From Flaccisagitta enflata (taxonomy: Eukaryota): DNA of 64,000 nucleotides. The stretch spans positions 15,252,001 to 15,316,000 of the forward strand of contig OZ231126.1 of NCBI GenBank assembly GCA_965153355.1, written 5' to 3'. The translations under genes and the position numbers were made by a program. Positions 63,834 to 64,000 of this stretch are shown here, piece by piece (position 1 is the first letter of the stretch; every line of letters starts with the position of its first letter). The notes beneath the pieces were generated by a model that worked only from the letters and a program-made list of their open reading frames with translations, searched no databases and was not told the origin of the DNA.

Positions 63834-64000
63834 GTTCGTATGTTGAATTTATTTTCCAATCATCTTTTCTTTTACCTGTTGATCTGTTACCATGCCTAAT
63901 CATAGAATTACTCAAAGTGAATTTTAGATACAGTTACTATGACGTGTGAAACGAATTGGCAAAAGTCTGTTACACAACTCATACTGCTGCTTGCTTTTGG

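Overview
Repeat-rich eukaryotic (probably invertebrate animal) genomic DNA with spliceosomal introns. Left end: the 3' part of an intron-containing RAG1/Transib-superfamily DDE transposase-like gene (1586-3407, +). About 3.8-33 kb has no intact gene. It is built from three diverged copies of a multi-kb module of ~450-bp units, each carrying a strongly conserved dyad/octamer signal (GGTCACTGT..ATTTGCATATTGCAG..ACAGTGACC). Two of the copies form a ~9-kb imperfect palindrome centred exactly on a strand-flipping 10-bp satellite (centre 20445), and a TA-flanked TIR pair 17.5 kb apart brackets them. Right half: a 10-exon cytosolic ZU5-UPA-death-domain gene (-; HFS motif, one GC-AG intron, 4.7-kb foldback element in an intron), RBM17/SPF45 (-), then ARL8, RPA3 and the 5' part of CERT1 (+). 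There are many MITEs, Helentron/HINE-like elements, elements carrying telomere-like repeats, and microsatellites. All gene models were assembled by eye from splice signals and frame checks; no searches were run.
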